This document shows, one piece after another, positions 1 through 9,709 of a stretch of DNA of 31,384 bases. The notes under the pieces are model-generated. The model was not told where the DNA came from and did not search any database. It saw only the letters and a list, made by a program, of their open reading frames with translations. Position numbers and translations under genes: made by a program. This DNA comes from Bacteroidota bacterium. Lineage in GTDB: Bacteria; Zhuqueibacterota; Zhuqueibacteria; Zhuqueibacterales; Geothermadaptataceae. Each line of letters starts with the position of its first letter. The stretch's first letter is position 1. The stretch spans positions 1 to 31,384 of the forward strand of contig DRLW01000323.1 of assembly GCA_011375275.1 (NCBI GenBank), written 5' to 3'.

Positions 1-480
1 CAGGGAACAGCCGGTGTCGTGCAGGTTCACCCGAGTGGTACGCCGGATGAGATAGTTGGCGATTTTACTCGGAACCTTGCGGATGAGCAGCTTATCCTTA
101 CGGTTTTTGCGCCAGCCGCTGACGACATCATAGCCATCTTCCATTTTGCGCACGACGTTGGGAATATCCTTGGGATCATTCTGCAGATCACCATCCATCG
201 TCACGATGATCTCGCCGCGGGCCATCTCGAAACCCGCTGCCATAGCAGCAGACTGGCCGAAATTGCGCCGGAATTTGACAACTTTCAGGTGCTTGTCTTT
301 CTGAGCCAGCTTTTCGAGGATAGCAAACGTGTCATCTGTGCTGCCATCATCGACGATGATGAGTTCGTAGCTCCGATCCCAGCCCTGCATGACCTCGGTA
401 ATTTTCTCGTGTAAAATCGGCACGTTTTCCTGCTCGTTCATCACCGGAACGACGATGGAAACGTCGAGTTTTTTTGTCAT
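1..480 (-). CDS. GT2 glycosyltransferase, DPM1/ArnC-like (partial, runs off the left edge; alternative start at 498)
   Basis: Not in the ORF track. Manual minus-strand translation from the ATG at 480 gives MTKKLDVSIVVPVMNEQEN...IVVDDGSTD...FRRNFGQSAAMAAGF...TMDGDLQNDPKDIP...YDVVSGWRKNRKD, open to position 1. Confidence 0.9.
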   Translation of the reverse strand, partial: MTKKLDVSIVVPVMNEQENVPILHEKITEVMQGWDRSYELIIVDDGSTDDTFAILEKLAQKDKHLKVVKFRRNFGQSAAMAAGFEMARGEIIVTMDGDLQNDPKDIPNVVRKMEDGYDVVSGWRKNRKDKLLIRKVPSKIANYLIRRTTRVNLHDTGCSL

Positions 481-643
481 AGTTCGTGTCTTTGACATAG
501 TTCTCAAGAATAAACAAACCTGTGATTGGCGTTGATATCCTGACCCGTTGCTTTCTTACCGATCAGTGCCCAGTGGACGAGAACAGGATGCCAGAATTTT
601 CATCGCTCCACACCACAACAGGCTGCGTCTTTTTTACAATAGT

Positions 644-1201
644 TCACGCCCCTGCGCGCCGCCGTTTTTTTGCCAGCAGCATGGCCACGGCCAAAACCGG
701 CGCCATGACAACCACCTCGCGCAGTGCGACAAAAAAATTATGCGCAGACAACACACTCTGAAAAAACTGCGCACTCTCGGAAGATTTGTGCACCGAGGCA
801 AACAGCCAGTGTGGTGAAATAAAGCGCTCTTCGGTCAGTGGCCAGAACAACGGCACCCCATAGGGCGCGCGCAGATCGTTATTAAAAACATCCAGCAGCA
901 TATGCGAAGCATAAACGAGTGCACAGATCGTGGCATAGGCAGTGAAATTCCCGCCGTGTTTTCGGCTAAAAAACAGCGCACAGAACACGCCAAAAAACAA
1001 CGCTGCTGCCAGGCTGTGCGACATGCCCTGGTGATACAGATTCGGGTTACCGAGCAGAAAGCCCGGCAGATAGTCGAGGTCTGCCAGGTTGGCCGCAAAA
1101 ACAAAAAAGAACGCATCCTGCCATCTGTGCTGAAAAAAACGCAGCCCGGTCAGTTGCAAAAGCCCCAGCCCGGCGAGGCTGTGGCCCACGGGTAAAGGCA
1201 T
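644..1201 (-). CDS. Membrane-bound metal-dependent hydrolase (YdjM-like)
   Basis: Motifs MPLPVGHSLAG, ANLADLD, HQGMSHS, SHMLLD, G..LFWP; hydrophobic segments; ATG directly follows the GNAT stop codon. Confidence 0.8.
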   Translation of the reverse strand: MPLPVGHSLAGLGLLQLTGLRFFQHRWQDAFFFVFAANLADLDYLPGFLLGNPNLYHQGMSHSLAAALFFGVFCALFFSRKHGGNFTAYATICALVYASHMLLDVFNNDLRAPYGVPLFWPLTEERFISPHWLFASVHKSSESAQFFQSVLSAHNFFVALREVVVMAPVLAVAMLLAKKRRRAGA

Positions 1202-2335
1202 CTATTCCGCTCCGTAACGCATTTTGCGATACCAGCTATTGAGCTTGTGCAGCGTATCGCTGTTGATCGCAGAGTGATACAGTTGTTCGACCAGCCCGTC
1301 CCACATCATGGCTTTGTGGCTGGTAAAAATACGAAAGTGGAAATTGCGCTTTTCCTGCCCTTTCCAGCGATATTTATACGGCTCATCACCGCGCGACAGA
1401 TCGAACTCATTCAGTCCGTAGCCGATGCATTTTTCAAAAGCATGGCCGAGCACGACATTGCCGACGCTGAGCTTGTGAAACTCGGGAGAATGGGCATAGA
1501 CATCGGCGTAGATTTTATTATTACGCTCATAGCCGGAAATCCCGGCAACAGGACGCTCATCAGCGTACAGCACCCACAGGCGGAAATCACCGCGGGCGGC
1601 AAGGCGCTCGACTACGGTTCTTTCAAACTGAGCGGCATCGCTCTCGTCGTAGCGGGTTGCTCCCTTTTCATCCTTCCAGCGCTCGTTGTAGATACGCACC
1701 AGGTCTTCGTAGCCCTTGCGTACGTCCTCGCCATTGCGATACTCCACCAGCTCGGTCTCGTAGCGTTTGGCCAGGTAGCGCCGGTCGTATCCGACATCCC
1801 TGCGCGTGCGCTTGCCGAGACGGGCGAGAAAGCTGTCCCAGTCCTGCGGCAACGGGATGGTGACGCAAATCCTGTCGCTTTCCACCGCAAATACCGGGAA
1901 ATAGCGTCCGGCGAGCGAAAACAAAAAGGGCAGATTGCTCGAGGTATCCGGCACATCCTTGAGTTCGATAAAAGAGAACCCTTTGCGCTGTTCATAGAGC
2001 CAGGGGAAGAGTTTGTTAAAAAACTCCTCCTCCCGCCCCTTGTGCACGATAAAATCGAGATAGTCCGTGCGCTTGACACCGATGAAAGCCAGATTCCGGA
2101 GCGGCAGCCCAAAATAAGTTTTGCGCAGAAAAAAGGGCGCAAAGCCGAGGCTCTCACCCTCGTCATCCTGGATGTGCACGATGAAAAGCTCGCCGTCGCC
2201 GAGATATTGCCACCATGCCGTCAGCCACTCATAACTCTGGTATGGCGTATGATTCGGGTTCGCTGCGTACACCTGTTCCCATTTTTCACGATGTCGTTTC
2301 CAGTCATCAACATTATCAATCAGTTCTATTGGCAT
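1202..2335 (-). CDS. GNAT-fold acetyltransferase, CelD/BcsL (Acetyltransf_6)-like
   Basis: PYQSYEWLTAWW, DYLDFI, FDLSRGDEPYKYRW motifs. Start moved to MPIELID at 2335 (AAAAGGGA just upstream); the track's longer N-terminus looks non-coding. Confidence 0.8.
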   Translation of the reverse strand: MPIELIDNVDDWKRHREKWEQVYAANPNHTPYQSYEWLTAWWQYLGDGELFIVHIQDDEGESLGFAPFFLRKTYFGLPLRNLAFIGVKRTDYLDFIVHKGREEEFFNKLFPWLYEQRKGFSFIELKDVPDTSSNLPFLFSLAGRYFPVFAVESDRICVTIPLPQDWDSFLARLGKRTRRDVGYDRRYLAKRYETELVEYRNGEDVRKGYEDLVRIYNERWKDEKGATRYDESDAAQFERTVVERLAARGDFRLWVLYADERPVAGISGYERNNKIYADVYAHSPEFHKLSVGNVVLGHAFEKCIGYGLNEFDLSRGDEPYKYRWKGQEKRNFHFRIFTSHKAMMWDGLVEQLYHSAINSDTLHKLNSWYRKMRYGAE

Positions 2336-2504
2336 ATCCCTTTTTAAAAATCCTCTGTTTTTCCCTGAGTTGATGAGATATACCTGTACGCAGCACCCGC
2401 ACGCAGCCGTCACGGCCGGGCAGAGGTCGCCACAGAGACTCCCCGGTCATCAACTCACTCCACACTGTTTTGGTCTGTTCGTACCGTCTGAATCAGCCAC
2501 AGGC

Positions 2505-2529
2505 CAGGTCTGCTCGTCACACAGACCTG
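2505..2529. other. Intergenic hairpin (8-bp perfect stem CAGGTCTG/CAGACCTG) between proC and the GNAT gene
   Basis: Inverted repeat read directly; no U-tract, function unknown. Confidence 0.3.
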
Positions 2530-2679
2530 TTGAGGGGGGGAAGGCTGAATCCGGCACGTTTTTCGACGCGTCTGTACCCGCGCCGCGGAGCAGCACATCA
2601 TGCTCGCAGCCATGCTCCGAATGGCCACGCCTGTTTCCGGCGCTGTGCGCCCAAACTCATCGCAACGCTCTGCTGTACA

Positions 2680-3531
2680 TCATCCGCAGCAGGCGCTGCC
2701 GTTTTCCGCGTCTTCTATCAATGTCCTGGCTCGCCCGGCAGCTTCGACGATGGCCTTGATCAGCGTAACACGCACGCCGCCTTCTTCTAATTTCAGAATA
2801 CCATCGATGGTGCAACCTGCCGGAGTGGTCACCAGGTCTTTGAGCACCGCCGGGTGCTCGCCCGTCTCCATGACCATTTTCGCTGCACCAAGGCAGGTTT
2901 GCGCAGCCAGCTCTGTGGCCACATCCCGCGGCAGCCCGGCTTTCACGCCGCCCTCTGCCAGGGATTCGATGATGATGTAGATAAAAGCCGGTCCGCTGGC
3001 ACTCAAACCGGTAACAGCATCGAAATGTTTTTCATCCAGCCGCAGCACGCGCCCGACGCTGGAAAAAATCATATCAGCCTGCTCAAGATGCCTGTCTTCC
3101 GCATAACGCCCGGCGCAGATGGCGGTCATACCTGCAGTGACACGGCTGGGCGTATTCGGCATGGCGCGGATCACCGGCACCTGGTTTTGCAATCCGGCTT
3201 CGAGTATTTTCAGCGGCACGCTGGCCACCACAGAGATCAGCACCTGCTCCGGAGTCATCAGGTCGCGCAGTTCGTTCAGCAGCAGATGGATCGCCTGCGG
3301 TTTGACCGCGATGACCACGATGTCTGCCTTTTGCACTGCCTCGCGGTTGTCTGTTCCTGCCTCGACGCCGAGCTTTTCCCGCACACGCGTAACGCTGGAG
3401 TTATGCTGAACCGTGGCCACGATCTGTTCGCGGCCGACAAGGCCGGCATCGAGCATGCCCTTGATCAGGGTTTCGCCAAGCTTCCCTGCTCCGATAAATG
3501 CGATTGTTTTGCCGTCAAATTTTGTCATCAT
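2680..3531 (-). CDS. proC: Pyrroline-5-carboxylate reductase
   Basis: IAFIGAGKLG Rossmann motif, AVKPQ, VIRAMPNTP, AVTGLSASGPAF, LKDLVTTPAGCT. Confidence 0.95.
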   Translation of the reverse strand: MMTKFDGKTIAFIGAGKLGETLIKGMLDAGLVGREQIVATVQHNSSVTRVREKLGVEAGTDNREAVQKADIVVIAVKPQAIHLLLNELRDLMTPEQVLISVVASVPLKILEAGLQNQVPVIRAMPNTPSRVTAGMTAICAGRYAEDRHLEQADMIFSSVGRVLRLDEKHFDAVTGLSASGPAFIYIIIESLAEGGVKAGLPRDVATELAAQTCLGAAKMVMETGEHPAVLKDLVTTPAGCTIDGILKLEEGGVRVTLIKAIVEAAGRARTLIEDAENGSACCG

Positions 3532-3546
3532 CCATGATCCTTTTTC

Positions 3547-4530
3547 TCAACTGTCGGCGACTTCTTCCTGCAGCGGCTCTGCTTCGGGCTTGCTGCCTGA
3601 AAGCCAGTACACAACCCCGCCGGCCAGCGCCGCGCTGATCCACTGGGCAAATACCAGCAGAGAAAGGGAAAAAGCCTGTGCCTCCGTGGCACCGAGGGGT
3701 ACGAAAAAAAAGACAAATGCCCCCTCGCGCAGGCCAATCCCGGCAATCGACAACGGCAAAACCGTGATCGCGGTGATCAGCGGGATCATGATAAAATAAT
3801 GGTACCATGCGACCGGTATGCCAAGGCTGACGCCGACAAGATATATGATATAACTGCCGAGAAGCTGAAAAGCCAGCGACATGAGCACGAGCTTGAACAT
3901 CGAGGTTTTCTCATGGCGCAGCGCCCGCGAACTGTTCTGAAAGAGCTCGATTTTAGCGATGATCGCCTGCATGCCGAAACGGTTCAGGATAAAACCCAGT
4001 CCGGACAAAAACTGCGGGTGCAATAAAACCCAAATGCCGAAAATAAACAGCACGGTCATCACCACGACAACCTGCAGAATTTTCATATTGCCCGTCGCCT
4101 GCGCCACCGGGAAAGCGACGACCAGAGCGATGGCAAAGTTGGTCAGAAAGCCAACCACACGCGTGACGAACATCGAACTCATGGCATCGACGCCCTGGCG
4201 CATGTAACGCGACAAACTGAACGCTCGCACGATATCCATGCCGATGCTGGTCGGCATAAAAGTGCCGAAGAAGCTGCCGATGAAATGCACCTGCAGCACC
4301 CGCAAAAACGGTACGTTATTTCTCTGCGCCACCAGCACGATCTGCCAGCAGTAGGCGATGATCAGATTCTGAACAAAGAACAGAACTGTGGCCATGAGGT
4401 ACAGCGGGATATCCACGGAACAGAAAGCGTGAACAAACTCCGCCATGTCCACTTTCCATATCAGCAGAGCGGTTATCAGCCCGACACTGATCAGCCCTTT
4501 GAGCAAAAATTGAGAGGCTTTTTTCATCAT
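3547..4530 (-). CDS. UPF0104 / lysylphosphatidylglycerol-synthase-TM family membrane protein (putative flippase-like)
   Basis: Multi-TM protein with FGTFMPTSIGMD and LPLSIAGIGLREGAFV motifs; start overlaps the stop of the upstream AsnB-like gene (ATGA). Confidence 0.8.
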   Translation of the reverse strand: MMKKASQFLLKGLISVGLITALLIWKVDMAEFVHAFCSVDIPLYLMATVLFFVQNLIIAYCWQIVLVAQRNNVPFLRVLQVHFIGSFFGTFMPTSIGMDIVRAFSLSRYMRQGVDAMSSMFVTRVVGFLTNFAIALVVAFPVAQATGNMKILQVVVVMTVLFIFGIWVLLHPQFLSGLGFILNRFGMQAIIAKIELFQNSSRALRHEKTSMFKLVLMSLAFQLLGSYIIYLVGVSLGIPVAWYHYFIMIPLITAITVLPLSIAGIGLREGAFVFFFVPLGATEAQAFSLSLLVFAQWISAALAGGVVYWLSGSKPEAEPLQEEVADS

Positions 4531-6446
4531 ACCGGCTGCAGGACGTCTTCCATTTTCAAATTTTTCTTATCCAGATTATTGCGGCACCAGAGCTCGAAAA
4601 CCAGCAGCGCCCACAGGCGATGGCTGTTGTTATCCGCTTTGCTCATGTGTCGTCTGTAGAGTTTGTCCACAAACTCCGGGTTGAAGATGCCGCGCTTTTT
4701 CAGCGCTTCGGCGCTCAGGTTTTCCTGCACCAGATTTTTCACCACCGGCACATCGCGCAGCCAGTTTTTGAACGGCACGCTGTGCCCGAGTTTATCCTTG
4801 CGGAAGACGATCTCATCCGGCAGCACGCCTGCCATCACCTGGTGGAAAATATGCTTGGTTGCGCCATTTTTATCGATTTTCAGATCGCCCGGAATCCGTG
4901 CTGTGTATTCGACCAGGCGATAATCCAGCAGCGGGAAACGCCCTTCCAGGCCGAACTTGCGCACCAGCTCCATGCGGCGCAGATAAAAGCCCACCACCGT
5001 GTAATAATCGCCGTACAGGGTCTTGCTGAGAAAATCCGCGCCATCCGCTTCATCATAGAGCGAGCGGATATCCTCGAGCGGATTGGTCTTGTCCATCAGC
5101 ACGTGCCACTCGGGATTGAGCAGTTTGCGCAGCTCGTCTTCGGTGTAATAGATACGCCAGCGGTTGCTGTACAAATCCGCCGGGAAGGAGGCGCTGTAAG
5201 AAAAACGCTTGGCCTTGACGACCAGGCTCTTTTTGGCATCCGTGTCCGGCAGGTGCTGCAGCACGCGGGTGAGCGGCTGGCGGATGAAACCGGGCACGCG
5301 CTCGAACTTGCTGGCCATCTTATCGGCGAGGTAAACCGGATGGCCGGCAAAAAGCTCATCACCGCCATCGCCGGTGAGCACGTAATCGACCGTCCCGCCC
5401 GCTTTTTCAGCCAGCAGATACGAGGCGACCTCGATGCCGATATCGGAAAACGGCTCTTCGGAAATATTCACCACTTCGATGATGCGGTCGATATCGTCAG
5501 CTTCGTAGGGTACTTCGTGGTGCCGGGTATTGTAGCGCTCGCTCATCAGCCGCGCCCAGTGCGATTCATCGAAGGATTTCCCGCGGCAGCGGAAGGAGAA
5601 GGTATGAATATCACCCTCGACCATGGGCCGCATCAGCCCGACCACCGTGCTGCTGTCCATGCCGCCGCTCAGATACGCGCCGGTCTTGAACCGATCCGCA
5701 TCCAGGCGGATTTTGATGGCATCGCGGAACAGCTCGAGCAGCTCTTCCTTGTACGTCTCCAGCGATTTGTCAAAAGGCTCCTTGAAGGAGATGTACCAGT
5801 ACGGATCGATGATCATCTTATCGTCTTCGATCTTGAGCACATAGCCGGGGCGCAGCTTGTGGATATCTTTATAAAAGGAATCCTGCGCCGGGTTGTAATT
5901 GAACAACAGATAGCGCATCACTGCGGTCGGATTCAGGCCGGTGTCAACCGAGGGCATGTTGGCGAGCTGGCTCAGGCTCGAACTGAAAAGCAGCACCCCG
6001 TTTTTGCGGTAGTAAAACAGGGATTCAATACCGAGATGGTCGCGGGCGATCCACAGCCGGCGCTTGTTTTTGTCATAAATGACGATGACGAAATTGCCGT
6101 TGCACTTGCGGAACAGCTCGGTACCCCATTTTTCATAACCGCGTATCAGCGCAGCGCCGAAAGATTGCTTGTAGTTGGCGGTCAATTTCGCCCCGAGCAT
6201 TTTGGCCAGCTCTCCGCGGTTAAAAACAGAGCCGTACAGGGCCACGGTTATGCCCTTGTCGGCATCGGTGTACAACAGGTGCCCGGCATCGTGGGATGGC
6301 GCGCCGGAGGAGGTCAGCGCCAGGGTGAAATTTTCCTCGCTGAAGTCATGCTCGAGCTTGTCCGGGTTTTCCCCGCCCCAGTGCTCTTCGTACTGCTCCC
6401 GGGTGATATCCTGAAATGAACGGTCTCCAAAACTGCCGAAAATCAT
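4527..6446 (-). CDS. Asparagine synthetase-like amidoligase lacking the N-terminal catalytic Cys
   Basis: PP-loop YLSGGMDSS, LTGDGGDELFAG, GRFPLLD, IARDHLG..SLFYY; N-terminus is MIFGSFG with SD AGAGGAG 5 nt upstream of the ATG. Confidence 0.85.
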   Translation of the reverse strand: MIFGSFGDRSFQDITREQYEEHWGGENPDKLEHDFSEENFTLALTSSGAPSHDAGHLLYTDADKGITVALYGSVFNRGELAKMLGAKLTANYKQSFGAALIRGYEKWGTELFRKCNGNFVIVIYDKNKRRLWIARDHLGIESLFYYRKNGVLLFSSSLSQLANMPSVDTGLNPTAVMRYLLFNYNPAQDSFYKDIHKLRPGYVLKIEDDKMIIDPYWYISFKEPFDKSLETYKEELLELFRDAIKIRLDADRFKTGAYLSGGMDSSTVVGLMRPMVEGDIHTFSFRCRGKSFDESHWARLMSERYNTRHHEVPYEADDIDRIIEVVNISEEPFSDIGIEVASYLLAEKAGGTVDYVLTGDGGDELFAGHPVYLADKMASKFERVPGFIRQPLTRVLQHLPDTDAKKSLVVKAKRFSYSASFPADLYSNRWRIYYTEDELRKLLNPEWHVLMDKTNPLEDIRSLYDEADGADFLSKTLYGDYYTVVGFYLRRMELVRKFGLEGRFPLLDYRLVEYTARIPGDLKIDKNGATKHIFHQVMAGVLPDEIVFRKDKLGHSVPFKNWLRDVPVVKNLVQENLSAEALKKRGIFNPEFVDKLYRRHMSKADNNSHRLWALLVFELWCRNNLDKKNLKMEDVLQPV

Positions 6447-6483
6447 GGTTGCTCCTCTGCCTGTTGCCAGTGTTCTATCCCGA

Positions 6484-7719
6484 CTACAACGCGCTCTGCA
6501 GGCGCTTACTGAATATCGGCATGTACCTGACGAATTTGTCCTTTATGACATCTGTGAAAGTTTTGCGTCCCGTGCCGGGAAGCGTAAAAATAAAACGATC
6601 TTCCAGGCGCATGATGTGCAGGGGATCATCACCGGGGCGGTTCGTTCGCCTGTCGCGCAGGATGCCCCAGTACAACGCCTGAAATCCTACAGCCTGCGCC
6701 GCCCGCACCGCCTGGCGCGAGCCGATGAACCACGGAAAGCAGAAATGTTTCACCTTCTTCCCGGGCAGGTGCGCTTCGATGGCCGACTTGCAGGCGGACA
6801 AATCATCGACCAGCGCGGCTTCGGTTTCGGCGATGGTTTCATATTCTCCCGGGCCAAAGCGTTGCGTCGCCCGGCGCTGGACGCGCTGCAACTGTTTGCG
6901 CCAGTTTTTGCGCAGAAAAAAAGCCTCGCCGCCGTTCTCGCGCACATGGTCAACACACGCCTGCCGGACGTCCTCGTTATCGAAATACTGGCTGAACGCT
7001 GAAAAACGCGGCTCTGCGCGATACACCGGTGTTCCAAAGGGAACGTTGCGCGAATAGTCCGGCTGACCCTTGCTGTAATACACCGGCACGTGAATATTGG
7101 CGTAAAAATAAAAATCATAGTTCGGGTGGATGAAATCCACCAACTGCGGCGATACATGGATGAGATGATGATACATCGTGTGCGCTTCGAAATCGATGAT
7201 ACCGGACTCGTGCATTTCGGCGATTTCCTGCCAGGAACAGAGCGGGTACGCCCCCTGCTCCCGTTCCAGCAGCGCCGCATCGGAGACCACGCCATGCTCA
7301 TAATCTGACCACGCCGGCATGGCCGGCGCCTGCTCCGGAATACAGCCCGGAATCAGAAAACTGATCGCCGTGAAGCCGTATTTGCGCAAAAGCGGCCAGG
7401 CAACGCTGTACAGCGAGGCCGTGCCGTCATCAAAGGTCAGCACCACGGATCGCGGTGGCGCTGGCTCGCCCTGCGCCAGGACGGCGAGCAGCTCTTCGGC
7501 ACGCAGGGTGCGGTAGCCATTCTCGTGCAGATAGCGCAACTGCTGCTCAAACTCCAGCGGCCGCACGCTGTGAAAAACGAAAACCGGTATCTCATCGCCA
7601 AGAGCGGCCTCTGTGCCTTTGAACACGAACTCCGGATAGTGCCGGGCAAGGATGCCGTAAATATCCGGCCAGTTTTTGCGATAGCTCCAGCGCAGCTTGT
7701 TGATCACCGTCGTGTACAT
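6484..7719 (-). CDS. Polysaccharide deacetylase (CE4/NodB-like)
   Basis: VFVFHSV, VVLTFDDG, FLIPG, SWQEIAEM, FEAHTMYH, FCFPW motifs; ATG at 7719 (track uses TTG at 7725). Confidence 0.85.
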   Translation of the reverse strand: MYTTVINKLRWSYRKNWPDIYGILARHYPEFVFKGTEAALGDEIPVFVFHSVRPLEFEQQLRYLHENGYRTLRAEELLAVLAQGEPAPPRSVVLTFDDGTASLYSVAWPLLRKYGFTAISFLIPGCIPEQAPAMPAWSDYEHGVVSDAALLEREQGAYPLCSWQEIAEMHESGIIDFEAHTMYHHLIHVSPQLVDFIHPNYDFYFYANIHVPVYYSKGQPDYSRNVPFGTPVYRAEPRFSAFSQYFDNEDVRQACVDHVRENGGEAFFLRKNWRKQLQRVQRRATQRFGPGEYETIAETEAALVDDLSACKSAIEAHLPGKKVKHFCFPWFIGSRQAVRAAQAVGFQALYWGILRDRRTNRPGDDPLHIMRLEDRFIFTLPGTGRKTFTDVIKDKFVRYMPIFSKRLQSAL

Positions 7720-7728
7720 GGCCAACCG

Positions 7729-8871
7729 TTATGCTGTGACGCCACTTTTTGCCGGCACAAGTCTCTCGTACAGCGCTTCGAGAGAGCGGACATTCTCGCC
7801 GATACTGAAGCGCCCGCTGTCTTCCCGTGCCTGGTCTGCGAGCTGTTGCGCCAGCTCCGGCTCCTGCAACAAACGCAGGATCGCCTGCGCCAGTGCAGGG
7901 GAATCAGCCTCATAAACCATCAGCGCCGAGCGTTCGTGCCGCGCCAGCTCGATCATACCGCCGACCTTGGTTGCCACCACAGGCTTGCCCGCGGCCATGG
8001 CCTCCACCAGCGCAAGGCCAAAGCCCTCGCGCAGCGAAGGGATGACGACGATGTCCAGCGCTGCCAGGGCTGCCTGGATATCGCTGACAAATCCGGTGAA
8101 CAGCACCTTTTCCGCGATGCCGAGGTCACGTGCCTGCTGCTGCAGCGTATCGCGCAGAGGCCCGTCGCCGATGAGCACGAAGGTGGCTTCGGGCTCGTGG
8201 CGCAGAACCTCGGCTGCGGCTTCGAGCAAATACGCATTGCCTTTTTCCTCGCGCAACCGCGTCACCGTGCCGATAATTGTGCCCTTCTCCGGCAAACCGT
8301 GCTGCTCGCGGAAATGCTGCACGCGCTCTGCCGGCACGTTTTGAAAGTGCTCCAGATCGATCCCGTTCCAGATCACTTCTATTTTTTCTTCCGGTATCGA
8401 GCGACCGTGTATCATGAACGCTTTCACCGCGTTTGAAACCGCAACCGCCACATCCGTACGGTTGCGCAGCAGCCAATCCGCAACGTACTGGTGCGGCTGC
8501 ACCGGCAGGATGGCGTGCTCGTGCACGATGGAGCGGATGCCGATCTTGCGGGCTGCCAGACGGCCGAAATTCGCGGAAGAGTAGCCGTGCAGATGCAAGA
8601 TATCATAATCGCCGCGAGCCGCCAAATCAGCAATCGCGGTGATATTTTTAGGGGAAAATTTACCTTCTTGAATATAGTGAACCGTGATGCCCTGTTTTTC
8701 CAGAAACGCACCGGCAGCATCCCGGGGACGCAGGCCGGCGACATCGACCTGAAACCGGCTGCTGTCGTGCAGGGGAATCCAGTCCGCAAAAAGGCGAGAA
8801 CAACTGCTGGGATTGACACCATCCATGGTGAATTTATCAATGACGTGCAAAACGCGTATTTTTTCGGTCAT
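7729..8871 (-). CDS. GT4 glycosyltransferase
   Basis: ILHLHG, VIWNGID, RLREEKG, PSLREGFGLALVEAMAAGKPVVAT (EX7E). Confidence 0.92.
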   Translation of the reverse strand: MTEKIRVLHVIDKFTMDGVNPSSCSRLFADWIPLHDSSRFQVDVAGLRPRDAAGAFLEKQGITVHYIQEGKFSPKNITAIADLAARGDYDILHLHGYSSANFGRLAARKIGIRSIVHEHAILPVQPHQYVADWLLRNRTDVAVAVSNAVKAFMIHGRSIPEEKIEVIWNGIDLEHFQNVPAERVQHFREQHGLPEKGTIIGTVTRLREEKGNAYLLEAAAEVLRHEPEATFVLIGDGPLRDTLQQQARDLGIAEKVLFTGFVSDIQAALAALDIVVIPSLREGFGLALVEAMAAGKPVVATKVGGMIELARHERSALMVYEADSPALAQAILRLLQEPELAQQLADQAREDSGRFSIGENVRSLEALYERLVPAKSGVTA

Positions 8872-8898
8872 CCTGTTCTTTTTCGTCTCCAGTCCCGG

Positions 8899-9684
8899 TC
8901 ATACATCTGCCAACTCTTCTTCATCTGCCAGCTCGCGGCGGTCTTTGACCACCCGCGCCGGAGAACCCACGGCAATCTGCCAGTCCGGCACATCGCGGTT
9001 GACGATCGAGCCCGCACCGATCACGCACTCTGCGCCTATTTTCGTGCCGTCGAAAACCACGGCATGCGCGCCCAGCCAGGCGTTATCCCCCACCTCGATG
9101 CCGCGGGCTTCGCGCTCCTGATAGAGCATGGGGATATCGGTACGGTTAAACGTGTGCGTGCCGCCGACCAGATAGCAGTAGGCCGCCATCAGCACCTTTT
9201 TGCCGACACGCACCGAATTGGCGGAAAAGATCTCACAGTTAAAGCCGATATTCGCTTCATCGTCGATATGAATATCGCCGTTCTTACAGCTCAAAATCGT
9301 ATTGCGCCCGACAAAGACGCCGGAGCCGATGAACAGGCCTTTGTTATCCTCGCCCTTGGCATCGAGCACGACGTTATCGTCGATGACCACATTATCGCCG
9401 ATGTGAATTTTGCCCGGATGGCGCAGCACGACGTTGGTGCCAAAAGCGACGTTGCGGCCGCAGCTCCCGAGCAGTTTCGGATACAGTTTGCTGCGCATCA
9501 GCAGGCCGAATGCGCCCGGCAGGGCGGAAAACAGGGTCACGATCAGCTCGTAGCGGATCAGATCGCCAAAACCGGTGCTGCCGATGATCAACTCCTGATA
9601 TTTCTGCATGCTCGACTTTTTGCCGTCGAACAGCTCTTTTTGAATTTCAACCGTCTCTTTTTTGATGTCTGCTTCCGTGCTCAT
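8899..9684 (-). CDS. Hexapeptide-repeat (LbH) acyltransferase
   Basis: Hexapeptide repeats (IHIGDNVVIDDNVVLD; IEVGDNAWLGAHAVV; VIGAGSIVNRDVP...VGSPARVV). Confidence 0.9.
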   Translation of the reverse strand: MSTEADIKKETVEIQKELFDGKKSSMQKYQELIIGSTGFGDLIRYELIVTLFSALPGAFGLLMRSKLYPKLLGSCGRNVAFGTNVVLRHPGKIHIGDNVVIDDNVVLDAKGEDNKGLFIGSGVFVGRNTILSCKNGDIHIDDEANIGFNCEIFSANSVRVGKKVLMAAYCYLVGGTHTFNRTDIPMLYQEREARGIEVGDNAWLGAHAVVFDGTKIGAECVIGAGSIVNRDVPDWQIAVGSPARVVKDRRELADEEELADV

Positions 9685-9709
9685 CTCTGCCCTTTCTGCG
9701 CTCCGGCCC

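Noticed and set aside
1202-2413. Longer N-termini in the ORF track for the GNAT (2413), GlgA-like (23375) and CpoB-like (25448) genes
   Set aside because: Downstream ATGs fit the domain starts and/or ribosome-binding sites better (2335, 23342, 25349).
4527-6446. Lasso-peptide cyclase interpretation of the Cys-less AsnB
   Set aside because: No B1/B2 (RRE, transglutaminase-like) genes or precursor peptide nearby; the context is entirely polysaccharide synthesis.
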